Shown one piece after another: positions 49,655 to 62,175 of a DNA stretch of 64,000 nt. Source of the stretch: Octopus sinensis (lineage: Eukaryota); the NCBI RefSeq assembly GCF_006345805.1, contig NC_043001.1:75950001-76014000 (forward strand), read 5' to 3'. The notes under the pieces were generated by a model. That model worked only from the letters and a program-made list of their open reading frames with translations. It had not been told where the DNA came from and made no database searches. Positions within the stretch are counted from its first letter, which is position 1. Each line of letters begins with the position of its first letter. A program made the translations under genes and the position numbers.

Positions 49655-49660
49655 TACACA

Positions 49661-49694
<34 letters not shown>

Positions 49695-49961
49695 CTTCAT
49701 ATATGTGTATAGTTAGTTACATTCATGTGTGTATATATATATTATATATCAATAAATATATGTATACATATATAAATATAAATATGTATATATATACATA
49801 TATATACATAGGTATGTATATGTATATATGAGCGTGTGTGTATTTATAGGCATGTATATACACATATATTATGTATATATAGATGCATATATATATATAA
49901 ATATATGTTTGCATATATACGAACGCATGCTACATGTTTGTGTGTATATATTGATAAATGT

Positions 49962-49996
<35 letters not shown>

Positions 49997-50400
49997 CACT
50001 TACAAACATTCATGTGTCTATATGTGTGGGTGTATAGATACATATATCTATACATATTGTATATATGTATATACAATATATATAATGCATATATATATAT
50101 ATATAATATATATATATNNNNNNNNNNNNNNNNNNNNNNNNNNNNNNNNNNNNNNNNNNNNNNNNNNNNNNNNNNNNNNNNNNNNNNNNNNNNNNNNNNN
50201 NNNNNNNNNNNNNNNNNCAGCTCAATCCGACCACATATGCACACACTATATGCACACATTATATATATACATACGCATTAAATATATATATGTACATATA
50301 TACGCATTATATATATATATAGATTATATATACACACATTATATATCTGTATACAAATTACATATATATATATAATATACATATACACACATGCAAATAT
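48500..50400. repeat. About 1.9-kb compound dinucleotide microsatellite field spanning the gap
   Basis: Directly visible (TA, CA, TG, TATG, CT tracts). Confidence 0.9.
50118..50217. other. Assembly gap (100 N)
   Basis: Exactly 100 N; probably a placeholder of unknown true size. Confidence 1.
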
Positions 50401-50478
50401 AAATTAACACAATAAATATCTGATTAATATCTGTTATCGTGATTGTGCGGTGGTAGTGGGCGATAATAATTCACTGTT

Positions 50479-50915
50479 CTAAAAGACCTGTGGCGGGAAT
50501 ATTTTAACTTTTGCTGCTGTCAAAGCTTTCTCTTTATAGATACAGACAGGCGTACAGAAAGAGAGAGGTGATGGCGGAACGAGTGACAGAGAGACGGCGA
50601 AGGCGGAGAGGGAAAGAGAGTGGAAGCTGTCAAACGTCGTTATAGAGAGAAAGTAGAGGGAAGGGAGGAAGGAGAAAGATTGAGGAAGACAGGGTGATAT
50701 CCGAACGAGAGAATCGACAAACACTTGCCCTAGTAACCACAGCTTTTGAGATGGAGATTTCTAACCTAGTCCAGTCCCTTCTTCGCCTCATTTTACAAGC
50801 CCCTGTAAATTTTCGCCGCAATCCGAGCACTCCTACTGCCAGTGCACTCTGCATAAGCACTAAATGAGACACGCAAACATACAACTTTCGGCCATTTCAC
50901 TTTTATATATAAAGA
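50479..50915 (-). mobile_element. Helitron-like element with a clear 5' end and a degenerate 3' end
   Basis: Minus strand starts TCTTTATATATAAAAG at 50915; shares gtaaatttt.gc..caatccga with the adjacent Helitron. The 3' end is tentatively cccgccacaggtcttttag. Confidence 0.55.
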
Positions 50916-51149
50916 CTAGTTATTTTGACCCGTGCTTCGCTCGGGTTTTGGTGATGATGGCAACCAAACGGTAGCATCGAGCGACTTGCAACCCTCCTCA
51001 CACCATTGCCCACCCCATTTTACCCCCAGTGTAAATTTTGGCGCCAATCCGACCCTATCTACCGACCTTTAAACCGTTCCGATCCCAAAATGAGACAAAT
51101 AACCAAGAAATCAAACAACTTTTTCGCATTTCAGTTTTAAAGATATTGA
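50916..51149 (-). mobile_element. Non-autonomous Helitron
   Basis: 5' A|TC at 51149; perfect hairpin acccg-tgcttcgct-cgggt (50928-50946); CTAG at 50916-50919 followed by T. Confidence 0.85.
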
Positions 51150-51150
51150 T

Positions 51151-51201
<51 letters not shown>

Positions 51202-51306
51202 GGTGTGTGTGTGTGTGTGTGTATATATATCAATATATACATTATATATATGTTTATATACACGTATATATATATATATATATTTAAATTAACACAATAT
51301 ATCTGA

Positions 51307-51685
51307 TTAATAATAATCGATGTATCAATACCAACAGATGACAATGTTTCACTAAAAGAAACGAAGAAACTTTCAAAATACAAAGATCTGGAAATAGAGG
51401 TAACTCGAATGTGGAATCTAAAAACAGAAACAGTTCCCATCATAGTAGACACAGTAGATATGATTTTAAAAAACTGTCCAGACAAATACATAGCAAAAGC
51501 ACCAGGACTAACAAATATAATAACACACAGAAAATAGCACTACTAGGCACCGCACACATTCTACGAAAAATACTTTCAATACAGTAACCATAAGAGCATC
51601 ACAACAAGCCACAGCACATACCCAAGGCACACAGAACTGCGCTAGGGTAGGGCAGTGAAAGCACGTGATAAAAATAAGACTACTC

Positions 51686-51747
<62 letters not shown>

Positions 51748-51760
51748 TAATAATAATAAT
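51307..51760 (+). mobile_element. R4/Dong-like LINE 3' end (REL domain, 3' UTR, (AAT)n tail)
   Basis: IIDVSIPTDDNVSLKETKKLSKYKDLEIEVTRMWNLKTETVPIIV..QKIALLGTAHILRKILSIQ* (TAA 51585-51587); (AAT)n from about 51686. Confidence 0.9.
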
Positions 51761-52604
51761 GATGATGATGATGGTGATGATGATGATGATGACGACAACA
51801 ATAATAATAATAATGATGATGTGGAAAAGGAGGAGGAAGAGGAGGAGGACGACGACGACGAGGAGAAGGAGGCGGATGGGGAGGAAGAGGTGGACGACGA
51901 GGAGGAGGTGGTAGAGGACAACGATGACGATGATGATGGTAACAACAACAATGACACAAACTACAACATATTTTTTCAACAGGGATGTAAACAAACTTTG
52001 GAAAGAACTAAATAATACTGTCAGAAAAATTCGCATGTCCTATTTTTGTGGAAGTATTCCTGAGCCTCTGCTGACTTAGTGAAATTCGACACAGAAAAAC
52101 AATGAAAAGGTGACAACTGCCCTCCGATCACATGGAATGAAAGGCATCACGAACTTTTGTCTTGACATAGATTCTGAACAGTGAGATGTGTTTGTTCTGT
52201 GTTTTATGGGGCTAGTCTGTGTGTGTGTATGTATGTATGCATGTATATATGTATGCATGCATTTATGTATGTATGTATATATGTATGTTTGTATGTATGC
52301 ATGCATTATGTATGTATGTATGTATGTATGTATGTATGTATGTATGTATGTATGTATGTTTGTAGGTAGGTATGTATGTATGCATGTATGTATATATGTA
52401 TGTATGTAGGTAGGTAGGTATGTATGTGCGTGTGTTTATTTGTGTGTAAGTAGGTATGTGTAGTTTATGTATGTATATTGTGGGTACTTATGAATGTGTG
52501 AATGAAGGTATAGGTGAATGTATGTTAGCTTTGTGTTTCTGTTTTGTGGTTGTTGATACAGAAACGCGCGCGCGCACACATACACTCACATATACACGCA
52601 TGTG

Positions 52605-52745
52605 TAAGCACATAAATGTAGAAGAAGGTGGAAAAATTAATACTCGAATACCGAAAGTAGAGTAATGTGCCTCTTTATTACAGCTGCAAAAACATCACAA
52701 AAAAATTGTTACTCAGAGTTTCACGTTCCCCTTTGTCGGACAGTT
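52605..52745 (-). mobile_element. Penelope-like pseudo-LTR remnant with a mutated HHR; same family as 54061-54247
   Basis: Minus strand: ctgt-CCGACAA-aggggaacgt-GAAAC-TCTGA-GTA-acaa; the cacataaatgt..aaggtggaaaaa..tactc.aatacc..gtagagtaat segment is shared. Confidence 0.6.
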
Positions 52746-52788
52746 GTGATCAAAGACTAGAATAAAATTGTTATGGTACATGTTATAT

Positions 52789-53095
52789 GTGGAGGTGCAA
52801 TGGCCCAGCGGTTAGGGCAGCGGACTCGCGGTCAGAGGATCGCAGTTTCGATTCCCAGACCGGGCGTTGTGTGTGTTTATTGAGCGAAAACACTTAAAGC
52901 TCCACGAGGCTCCGGCAGGAGATGGGGGCGACCCCTGTTGTACTCTTTCGCCTCAACTTTCTCTCACACTTTCTTCCTGTCTCTTGGGTAACGCTGCGAT
53001 GAGCTGGCGTCCCGTCCAGCTGGGGGGAACCCATACGCCACAGAAACCGGGCCCTTGAACCTGGCTAGGCTTGAAAAGGGCGCATAAATAAAATA
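52789..53095 (+). mobile_element. SINE (head C plus V-domain-like tail) with 11-bp TSD
   Basis: TSD acatgttatat at 52778-52788 and 53096-53106; ctgcgatgagctggcgtcccgtccag. Confidence 0.9.
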
Positions 53096-53294
53096 ACATG
53101 TTATATATGATTTAATATAATCCAATTTAACGAATAAGCATTTGGATTTTATATGTATGTATGAATGTATGCATGTATGTATGTATGTATGTATGTATGT
53201 ATGTATGTATGTATGTATGTATGTATCTACGTAAACACACTCGCAAAAACATACACACACGTATGTATGAATGTATGTATGTATTATGTGTATG

Positions 53295-53850
53295 TCAGGT
53301 CACTTTTGAGTGCTACTGGTAACATGTAACCCAGTACTACCTGTTGCATGGTTGGGTCGTCGGCGACTAAACCGGCAACCCCACCAAGCTCGCTTGATGA
53401 GGGGGGGTGTTTATTGATCACTCTGCGGGATGAAAAACAAAACCCGTCAAAGGGCGGAGGAACTCTTGAGAGTCAACGGCCATCCAATAAATGTCTTAAA
53501 GCTGTATCATGCGCGGGGACATAAAAATAATCGGATTGAATACCTAATCGCGCAGTTAAACCATTGGGAGTGAAGGACTCCTAGCCTTTGTCAGGGCATC
53601 CTTCTAGGAGGAGGTAACTCAGGTAACTGGGATAACTCCAACATAAAACCTGCGGCTCAGTGGTTACCGATGATGTTGACTTGTTCTTCTTTTCGGATTA
53701 TGGCTGCTGTTGCTTAGTGAGTGGGATTGACTCAGTGCACAGCCTTTCCTCACTTAAAAAAATATCTTCTTGCACAGGCATTGCACGATAACAACTTTGA
53801 TTAATCTTCGTACAATGGCCATACTCGATAACGAGGGGGCAGCCACCATG
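53295..53850 (+). mobile_element. Probable RTE-type LINE 5' UTR fragment
   Basis: GC-richer segment containing cagggcatccttctaggaggaggtaactc..aaaacct, resembling RTE 5' UTR motifs; no ORF. Confidence 0.45.
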
Positions 53851-54060
53851 TATTATGTATGTATGATTGTATAAAACCAACTGCACAGGTGGTTCTACTC
53901 TACTCAAAAGCTTAGAACTCTCATGCTAGGGCCCCATTACGTGATGCAGTTTAAAGTTATGCCCAAGTCACACACACACACAAATATATGCGTGTGTCTG
54001 TGTATATATTTATATATACATATATATATGTGTGTGTGGTGTGTGTGTGTGTGTGTGTAT

Positions 54061-54247
54061 ACCGGAGTAAACACATAAATGTGAAGCAAGGTGGAAAAAA
54101 GAGTACTCAAATACCAGTGGTAGAGTAATATGCTTTATTTAAAGCAGCAGAAAATTCAACAAAACCTGTTACTCTGAGTTTCTCGTTGCAACGGGAAACT
54201 CAGAGTAACAGGTTTTGTTGAATTTTCTGCTGCTGCTTTAAATAAAG
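54061..54247. mobile_element. Penelope-like pseudo-LTR folded back into a 115-bp spacerless palindrome (54133-54247)
   Basis: Centre ttg|caa at 54188/54189; the arms differ by one substitution and one extra CAG unit. Confidence 0.85.
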
Positions 54248-54279
<32 letters not shown>

Positions 54280-54342
54280 GATACGAGTGAGTGAACGAGC
54301 GATTGTAAAGGGCACGCAAAACGTTTATTAAGAGTTAAATTT

Positions 54343-54489
54343 ATTATTCAAAAGTTTGATTCGGTTACTCGGTTCCGTGCGACTTTAAATTTCAGAGGCC
54401 CGTAACAGGACCCTGGTACTTTCAGGTTTAGGATTGAAGCCTGCGAATCTAAAAGTCGCAAGGAACCGAATCAAAATGTTTTGAATAAT
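54343..54489. mobile_element. Small MITE-like fold-back with about 40-bp imperfect arms
   Basis: attattcaaaagtttgattcggtt..ccgtgcgacttt / aaagtcgcaaggaaccgaatcaaaatgttttgaataat. Confidence 0.7.
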
Positions 54490-54624
54490 GTTTGTGAGTG
54501 TGTGTGTGTATATATATATGGGTGTGTGTCCGTGTCTGTGTGTATGTGTTTGTATGAGTGTACACACAAACACACACACACATAGACATTCGCCCATGTG
54601 GATGCATTTACTTTTAAGTATTAT

Positions 54625-54995
54625 TGGCAGTGTTTAAGCAGTTTGCTGCACAATTACATGGTTTTGAATTCAGCCCCGCATCGTAGAACCTTGGGCAAAC
54701 GCGTTCTACTTCAACTGGAAAGCGAGCCAATGACTTGTAAGTGAATTTAGTAGAGGGATATCTGGCGGAAAATCGTCGTACTAGTGTTCGCCGCTGTGTT
54801 TGAGTGTGTTCATTGTATGTATTTGATTCTTACTGACTGATAACTAGGGTCTTCGTGTTTACGTCTGCGTTACTTAGCAGTCAGGTAAAAGGAAACCGAT
54901 TAGATAAATACCAGATTTAAAAGAAATACATTGACAAAACCCTTTAAGGCAGCGCTCCAGTAGGAACGCAGTCTGATGACAGAAACAAGTAAGAG
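54625..54995 (+). mobile_element. Old SINE family A copy
   Basis: accttgggcaaacgcgttctact..gtaacttagcag-like segment..gcgctccagta..gcagtc..gacagaaacaagtaagag. Confidence 0.65.
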
Positions 54996-55169
54996 AGTAA
55001 AAAACTAAAGAATATTATTTTACCAATTGTATTAATAGTACAAACAGAATGTCCTAATGCATAATGTATGCGTGTATGCATGTATGGAAATATGTGTGTA
55101 TAGATAGACAAATAGACAGACAGACAGAAATACATACAGATGGAACTAGCTAACTATACATGTGTGTGT

Positions 55170-55223
<54 letters not shown>

Positions 55224-55279
55224 GAATGTATGTATGATTGTATGTATGCAGTATATAGATATATATATATATATTATAT

Positions 55280-55322
<43 letters not shown>

Positions 55323-55348
55323 TATATATATATAATATATATATATTA

Positions 55349-55384
<36 letters not shown>

Positions 55385-56397
55385 AAGTTCAGAAAGCTCC
55401 TACCCCTACTAGCGGCAAAGGGTCTCTCCCTCAGAGCGAAAGGTAGATTGTATGATGCATGTGTGCGAACTGCCATGCTTCACGGTAATGAAACATGGGC
55501 TGTGACTGCAGAGGACATGCGTAGACTTGAAAGAAATGAAGCTAGCATGATCCGCTGGATGTGTAGTGTCAGTGTGCACGCACGACAGAGTGTAAGCATC
55601 CTGAGAGAAATGCTGGATATAAGAAGCATCAGATGTGGTGTGCAAGAGCGACGCTTGCGATGGTATGGTCATGTGCTGCGGATGGATGAAGAGAGATGTG
55701 TGAATAAGTGCCACTCCCAAACAGTTGAAGGTATCAGGGGGAGAAGTAGACCCAGGAAGACATGGGATGAGGTAGTCAAGCATGACCTCAGAGCATTGGG
55801 CCTCACTGAAGCAATGGCGAAGAACCGAGATCTCTGGAGATATGCTGTGACTGCAAAGACCCGGGCTGCTTCCTGCATCAGTTCCACATAGCCCCTGCCC
55901 ATTCAAAGTACCCCGGATCCCAGATAGTCCTGCTGTGCCTGAGGAGATCTGTTGAGTCAAGTACATGAACATGAACGTCGAAATAAATATCAATGGAAAT
56001 AGGAGTTATGATGCCTGTGCCGGTGGCACATAAAAAGTACTATCCGAACGTGGCCGATGCCAGCGCTGCCCCGACTGGCCTCTGTGCCGGTAAGACCATC
56101 CGAACGTTGCCAGCGCCGCCTTGGCTGGCTCCCGTGCCGCTGGCACGTTAAAAGCTCGAACCGATCGTGACCGATGCCGGACCCCCCGGCCCCTGTGCAG
56201 GTGGCACGTAAAAAGCACCCACTCCACTCGCGGAGTGGTTGGCGTTAGGAAGGGCATCCAGCCGTAGAAACTCTGCCAGATCAGACTGGAGCCTGGAGCG
56301 GCCCCTGGCTTCCCAGACCCCGGTCGAACCGTCCAACCCGTGCTAGCGCGGAAAACGGACGTTAAACGATGTTGATGATGATGATGATGATGATGAT
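55385..56397 (+). mobile_element. 5'-truncated RTE-clade LINE: ORF C-terminus, 3' UTR and (ATG)n tail
   Basis: Open frame 55385-55891: [63 protein letters not shown]. Ends ggaaaacggacgttaaacg(atg)n. Confidence 0.95.
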
Positions 56398-56420
56398 ATA
56401 TATATATATATATATATAAA

Positions 56421-56663
56421 TGCGCCCTTTTAAAGCATAGCCAGGCTCATGGGCCCGGTTTCCCGGTTTCTATGGCGTATGTGTTCCCCAGCTGGACGGG
56501 ACGCCAGTCCATCGCAGCGTTGCTAATTTTTGCCAGCAGAGTGGACTGGAGCAACGTGAAATGAAGTGTTTTGCTCAAGAACACAACGCGTCGCCCGGTC
56601 CAGGAATCGAAACCACAATCTTACGATCATGATGCTGACACCCTAACCGCTAAGCCACGCGCC

Positions 56664-56665
<2 letters not shown>
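56421..56665 (-). mobile_element. SINE (head D/CORE plus V-domain-like tail)
   Basis: Minus strand: aggcgcgtggcttagcggttaggg..gttgtgttcttgagcaaaacacttcatttcacgttgctccagtccactc..gctgcgatggactggcgtcccgtccagctggggaac..gaaaccgggaaaccgggccc. Confidence 0.9.
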
Positions 56666-56698
<33 letters not shown>

Positions 56699-57494
56699 CT
56701 ATATCTTACCTGTATATATCGTACATATGTGTATACATCTGGTATGCATATATACCATTTACATGTATATAACTTCAGCATGTGTATGCTTTTTGCATAT
56801 GTATGTATGCTGAAGTTTTATATATGTATACGGTGTATTTATATATGCCTAATATATATACATGTGTACGATACATACAGGCAAGATATATACATGTATA
56901 AAGGACAGGACCATTTCCCAGTAAGTCGAGTTTGTTTTTCTTCTGTTGACCAACTCGTAAGAAAACAGTTCAAACAGTCTAAAGAATGATAGATAGAGCT
57001 TATTTGTCACTGACTGATGATCGATACTTATAATATCGTAACGTTATATCTTCAATTAACGCATGAGTAATACACAAATACGTATCTATTTCATTATCAC
57101 ATAAGTAGTAAAGATGTAATTGTTCCTTTTGTGTCCGTATATTATAAATGATTCATTAATACTGTGTAGCGGTATTGGTGTAAAACAAGACTGAATCACA
57201 CCACACATACGTTTTATCCGTAACTGATTTAATTATATCATTACTTTACATTACTATCAGCTGTGTCAAGTAGAGACAGATGATCTTGCTATGTGCTCTT
57301 TCCAAGAATAACTGCCAGATATCCCAAAATTCCTTGCTGTGTATCATATTTATAACATTTTATTGTATCTTCTGGGACTTAGGCTTGTCACAAATCAACC
57401 GATTTCGAACGATTTATAATCTCACCATTCTTATTGCTGAACTTTTAATGAAACTTCAGATGATTTATTCGCAGAGATTTTCATTAATTTGGTA

Positions 57495-57660
57495 TCGCAC
57501 GTAATTGGCAGAATCTTTGGCATGTCGGACAAAATGTTTAGTTCTTTATATTCTAAGTTAAAATTTTGGCGAGGTCAACTTTGCCTTCCATCCTTTTAGG
57601 GTTGACAAAATAACGTACCAGTCAAGTACTGGGAACAATGCAGTCGATTAATTTTTACTC
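57495..57660 (+). mobile_element. SINE family B (old)
   Basis: ttggcagaatc..gaggtcaactttgccttccatccttttagggttgacaaaataacgtaccag. Confidence 0.7.
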
Positions 57661-57995
57661 CCTTGAATCAACTATTAAAGTGTTTTGCTATATTTATTCT
57701 GGCTACTTGTATTTTAAATTCAAATCTCATCGGGGTCCTTCTGTGATCAATAAAATACAGAATCAATCAAACACCGCGATCTGTTTAACCCACTAAATCC
57801 ATTCCACTCAAATTTGACGTCTTTTACCAATGTTAAAAATTATTATAATTTCGTGCTTATATCAAACATCCCACCACATTTTACACAATTTGGCGCATTC
57901 TCAGTGTTATTTCTGAAATCCTCCATTGCAAAAGGTAACTAATCAAGTAATGAGACAATACTGGTCAAAATCAATAATGGTTAAACAGCATCTGA

Positions 57996-58220
57996 AGTAT
58001 AGTTTACGCTATTACACAACTACAGAAAGTCAATTATCCCTTTAGACCACTAGCTTCGTCGTTCCTGACTAAAATAATCCAACCACATATAGTTGTGAAA
58101 CGATATACGGATAGAAATCTCACTGATGTCAAATATGAATATGGAACCAACAGAAAATCTCTTAAATGTTTGGACTTTGGTAGAAATGATTTGACTGACT
58201 TCGCGATGCAATTGGTTTAA
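57996..58220 (+). other. Short open frame with a single LRR-like motif (unverified)
   Basis: ..NRKSLKCLDFGRNDLTDFAMQLV* fits LxxLxLxxNxL with F in one L position; possible acceptor ccctttag| at 58045. Confidence 0.2.
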
Positions 58221-58504
58221 CAAGAAATGAGTTACTACCATTCTATTTCCAGTTAAGCCATTCGAAATGTTCTTTCACTGAATCCCTTGAATTTGTTCTC
58301 AGAAGAAACGCTAATTTTTTTTCATTAAAAGTCTTGATAGTAAAATAAATATCATCTTAGTTCCTGCTGCTACTGCTGCTGGCGCTTCCGTCGTTGGTGC
58401 TGTATTACGGCATACCTTGATTTGATTCATTTAACTTATATCATGTTTGAAAATACGCATACCTTAACGTACCACAACGAATGGCAATATATTATATATA
58501 TATA

Positions 58505-58543
<39 letters not shown>

Positions 58544-58749
58544 CATACATACATCATACATACATACATACATGCATAGATGTATGTATGTATAAATGTA
58601 TGTATGTACATGTGTGTCTGTGAGAATGCACGCGCACATCTCTTAAGATTAGATATGGCCGGTACCGTGCTGTCGTCTGATTTTTAGGCATTTGAAATAA
58701 CATCCTTAATAACACGGCTCACACCATCTATCTATCTATCTATCTACCT

Positions 58750-58792
<43 letters not shown>

Positions 58793-59049
58793 ATATATAC
58801 ATATATAGACACACATATTATATGTCCGTACGTGTGTGTGTGTGTGTGCGTGTTTATTTATATGTACGCTTGCATGTATATCAATGTAGGTTAACTTTTA
58901 TGTATATCATTACGTTATGACGTAGGAGTATTGAAAAATGCCATTCTTCCTTATTAGAGTCGTTATCAGGCAATAATAACAACACCAACAACAACGACGC
59001 CAATATTGATAATAATAATAATAATAATAATATAATAATAATAATAATG

Positions 59050-59094
<45 letters not shown>

Positions 59095-59705
59095 TATGGT
59101 AACTGCAATGAAAATTCATCGTGATACTGACAGTCATCAGAGCATTACGATTAAAGGTTTTATATCAGTAAGGACTAGACTTACTATAACTGTATGGAAG
59201 TATAACTGTATGGAACATAACCTTTTGTATATGTTTCGTCTTTTAGTGCAGAAGGAACAGTTATCGGTACGGAGAAATAGATAAATATAGGGAGGGAAAG
59301 AAGTAGGAGGAGAAGAACGAGAGTGAAAATGTATGCGCGTGTGTGTGCGTGCGTGTGTATGTGTGTGAGTGTGCATGCGTGTGTATGTATTAGTGTGGAT
59401 TAGTGTGTGTTAGTGTGTGTATGAATCTGTGTGTGTGAGACTGTGTGGGTGATGGATAGAAAAATAGGGGAGGGTAAGATAAACAGGGGAGGAGTCGCTG
59501 GGTCAAAAGAGTGACTTCGAGAATTCAAATGGCAGGAGAAAAAGCTGTTATTCTTTGGAATTGCTCATATGCTAGACTGAATTTATTTTCGTTAAAATAT
59601 GTTTGAATAATGGATAATTATGTGTAGAAATAACAGTTATAGAAACGGCTCAAAGACCTGAAACAATGATTACGCGCGGATATATGTGTATGTATATATA
59701 TATTT

Positions 59706-59746
<41 letters not shown>

Positions 59747-59839
59747 TATATATATATATATAATTATATATATATATGTATGTATATATATGATATGTAT
59801 GTATATATACGCACATACTCATGTATATATATATATATA

Positions 59840-60380
59840 TATGCTCCTCCTCCCCCATTCCCGTCGTCCATCTGCGACGATACTTCCGTCGTAACTGCTA
59901 TCCTGTCTTTTCTCGCCGCCTTCTAAGGCTACTGGTCGACATTTTTTCTCTCTCGTCGTCCACTCTAATCCAGCGTTTGCAATACTTTTTTCGTCTGGCG
60001 TTAACAGCCCTTCTTATCTTGTTCTCCTTGTCCTGTCTCTCACTGTTATATATTTTTTTTCCACTGTTTATATATATATTTTTTACTGTTTATATGTTTG
60101 TACTGTCGTTACCGTCTTGCTTTTTTTACCCCCTCTGTGAAAAGATCTCAGAACTTTAATTGATTTGCTTTCGCAGGAAGGAAGTTTCTTCGAAGTATAC
60201 GTCTCGCTTTTATCCTTCGAAACGTTTAGTAGATGAAACCTTAGCGACTGAAGAAGGGGATTTTTCGTTGTGCTTATTGTCCTGTATCTCTTTTTTTGCT
60301 TGTCTTGTTCCTTGCTTTGTGTCTATGTTTTTCGTCTCTCTATGTGTTCGACGTCTTTTTGGTGTCCTGTACACATATAT
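59840..60380 (+). mobile_element. Unclassified dispersed repeat (family of 42950-43590)
   Basis: atttgctttcgcaggaagga..ccttcgaaacgtttagtagatgaaac..gactgaagaagggg. Confidence 0.55.
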
Positions 60381-60820
60381 GCGTGTATATGTACATGTAG
60401 AGGTAGGTACGTACATATATGTTTATATATATGCATATGTTCTATTTTATTAACATATATATATATATATATATACATACACATATATATGTATGTACGT
60501 ATGTGTGCACGTGTGTGTAATTATGTAGATGTAGACGTGGATGTACATTTGTACATGTATGAAGTGTGTATGTATGGATGTATGTAGAGGAGTACATATA
60601 CATATACATTCTCTCTCCTTCTCTCTCACTATTTCTTCTATTCTACCCCTGAATCTTGTTCTTCTTCTTTCTCTGGCCCTTCTTGTTCTGCTTCGTCTCT
60701 CCCTTCAACTGTTGCTAGCACTACTCTATGAACCTCATTTGCCAATCATCCCTTGGTGAAGGCAGCTGAACTTATTCTAATATTTCTATGTATATCCCAT
60801 TGACAAGAGTCAATAAACTC

Positions 60821-61021
60821 GAAACATCGATGTCTGGAATTCCTGATAGATGGTGACACTGCACAGACCGGATGTGTTCACACGTTTTTAGCATTGGAGA
60901 GATATTTTCTTCACCGGTAACTGCAGTGAATTTGCCTTTTAGCAGTTGAAATATGTCACAAACATATTTTAACTAACCTAAATTTTGCTCATGCCTAAAC
61001 ACTGCTTGGCGCTAACATTTT
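60821..61021 (-). repeat. Unclassified repeat X, second copy
   Basis: Reverse complement matches 12888-12955 followed by 12643-12785. Confidence 0.75.
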
Positions 61022-61050
61022 GCTACATATATATATATATATATATCATC

Positions 61051-61470
61051 GGCGCAGAAGTGACTGTGTGGTAAGTAGCTTGCTTATCAACCACGTTGTT
61101 TGGGGTTCAATCAGACTGCGCGGCACCTTGAGCAAGTGTCTTCTACAATAGCCTCGAGCCGATAAAAGCCTTGTCAGTGGATTTGGTTGACGGAAAATGA
61201 AAGAAGCCCATCGTGTATATATACATGTGTGTATATGTATGTGTGTGTATATGTATGTGTGTCTATGTTTGTGTTCCTCCCCCTACCAACATCACTTGAC
61301 AACCGATGCTGTTGCGTTTACGTCCCCGTAACTTAGCAGTTTGGCAAAGAGACCGATAGAATAAGTACTAGGGTTACAAAGAATAAGTCCTGGTGTCGAT
61401 TTGCTCGACTAAATGCGGTGTTCCAGCTTGGCCGCAGTCAAATGACTTAAACAAATACAAGAATAAAAGA
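61051..61470 (+). mobile_element. SINE family A, full length
   Basis: ggcgcagaagtgactgtgtggtaagtagc..gccgcagtcaaatgacttaaacaa. Confidence 0.9.
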
Positions 61471-61498
61471 ATATATATATATATATGTGTGTGTGGTG

Positions 61499-61537
<39 letters not shown>

Positions 61538-62175
61538 TGTGTGTATGAATGTACGTATGTATATATGAATGTATGTGTGTATAGATAGATATTAATTGTC
61601 TAGAGAAATATTTTGCACCAACAACCTTCGTAGAGTATCCAACACAGGTTCTAGAAAATTACATGATAACTCAACCATACTTTTAACCATTTCGAAATTT
61701 AATCAAACTGAGGGAGATGTCAATGTAGAAAGGATCAGGGATGTGTTTATAGGGTACGTAGAAAATTGTAATCGGGTGGTAAAATAGATTTAAGGGATGC
61801 ATTGTGAGTGCTATGACAGGAGTTTATATGTTAGTAAAAATACAGTAACCTCTCAGTGTATGATAAGGATTAATCTCTTTTCTTGGTTATTTTGGTTAAT
61901 TAAAGTTTAGGTTAATTATAAATTAAGCCCAAAGATATTGAGATTCTCTGATTCTGTCATGCACATGACTGTGCCCTGGAAAAAATGCATCTGAGTAACT
62001 GTGACTAATACCACAAGCTGGTAGAGTAGGGAAGAAACCAGGACAGGTAGACATGTTGCGGGGCAACTGCAGAAAACTGTTGGGATTTTGTGGGGCGTTC
62101 ACTCTCTCTGGGTTTGGAGTTACTAGCGCAGCACACACACACACACACACCACACACACACAAAACGGACTATAA

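Noticed and set aside
51665-52036. Poly-N/D/E acidic ORF and its reverse frames
   Set aside because: A LINE (AAT)n tail drifting into (GAT)n/(GAG)n trinucleotides; no splice or coding context.
54973-54991. CTGATGA-CA-GAAAC-AA-GTA looks like a hammerhead
   Set aside because: No stem II or stem I; it is a mutated SINE A tail (cagtcaaatgactgaaacaagta).
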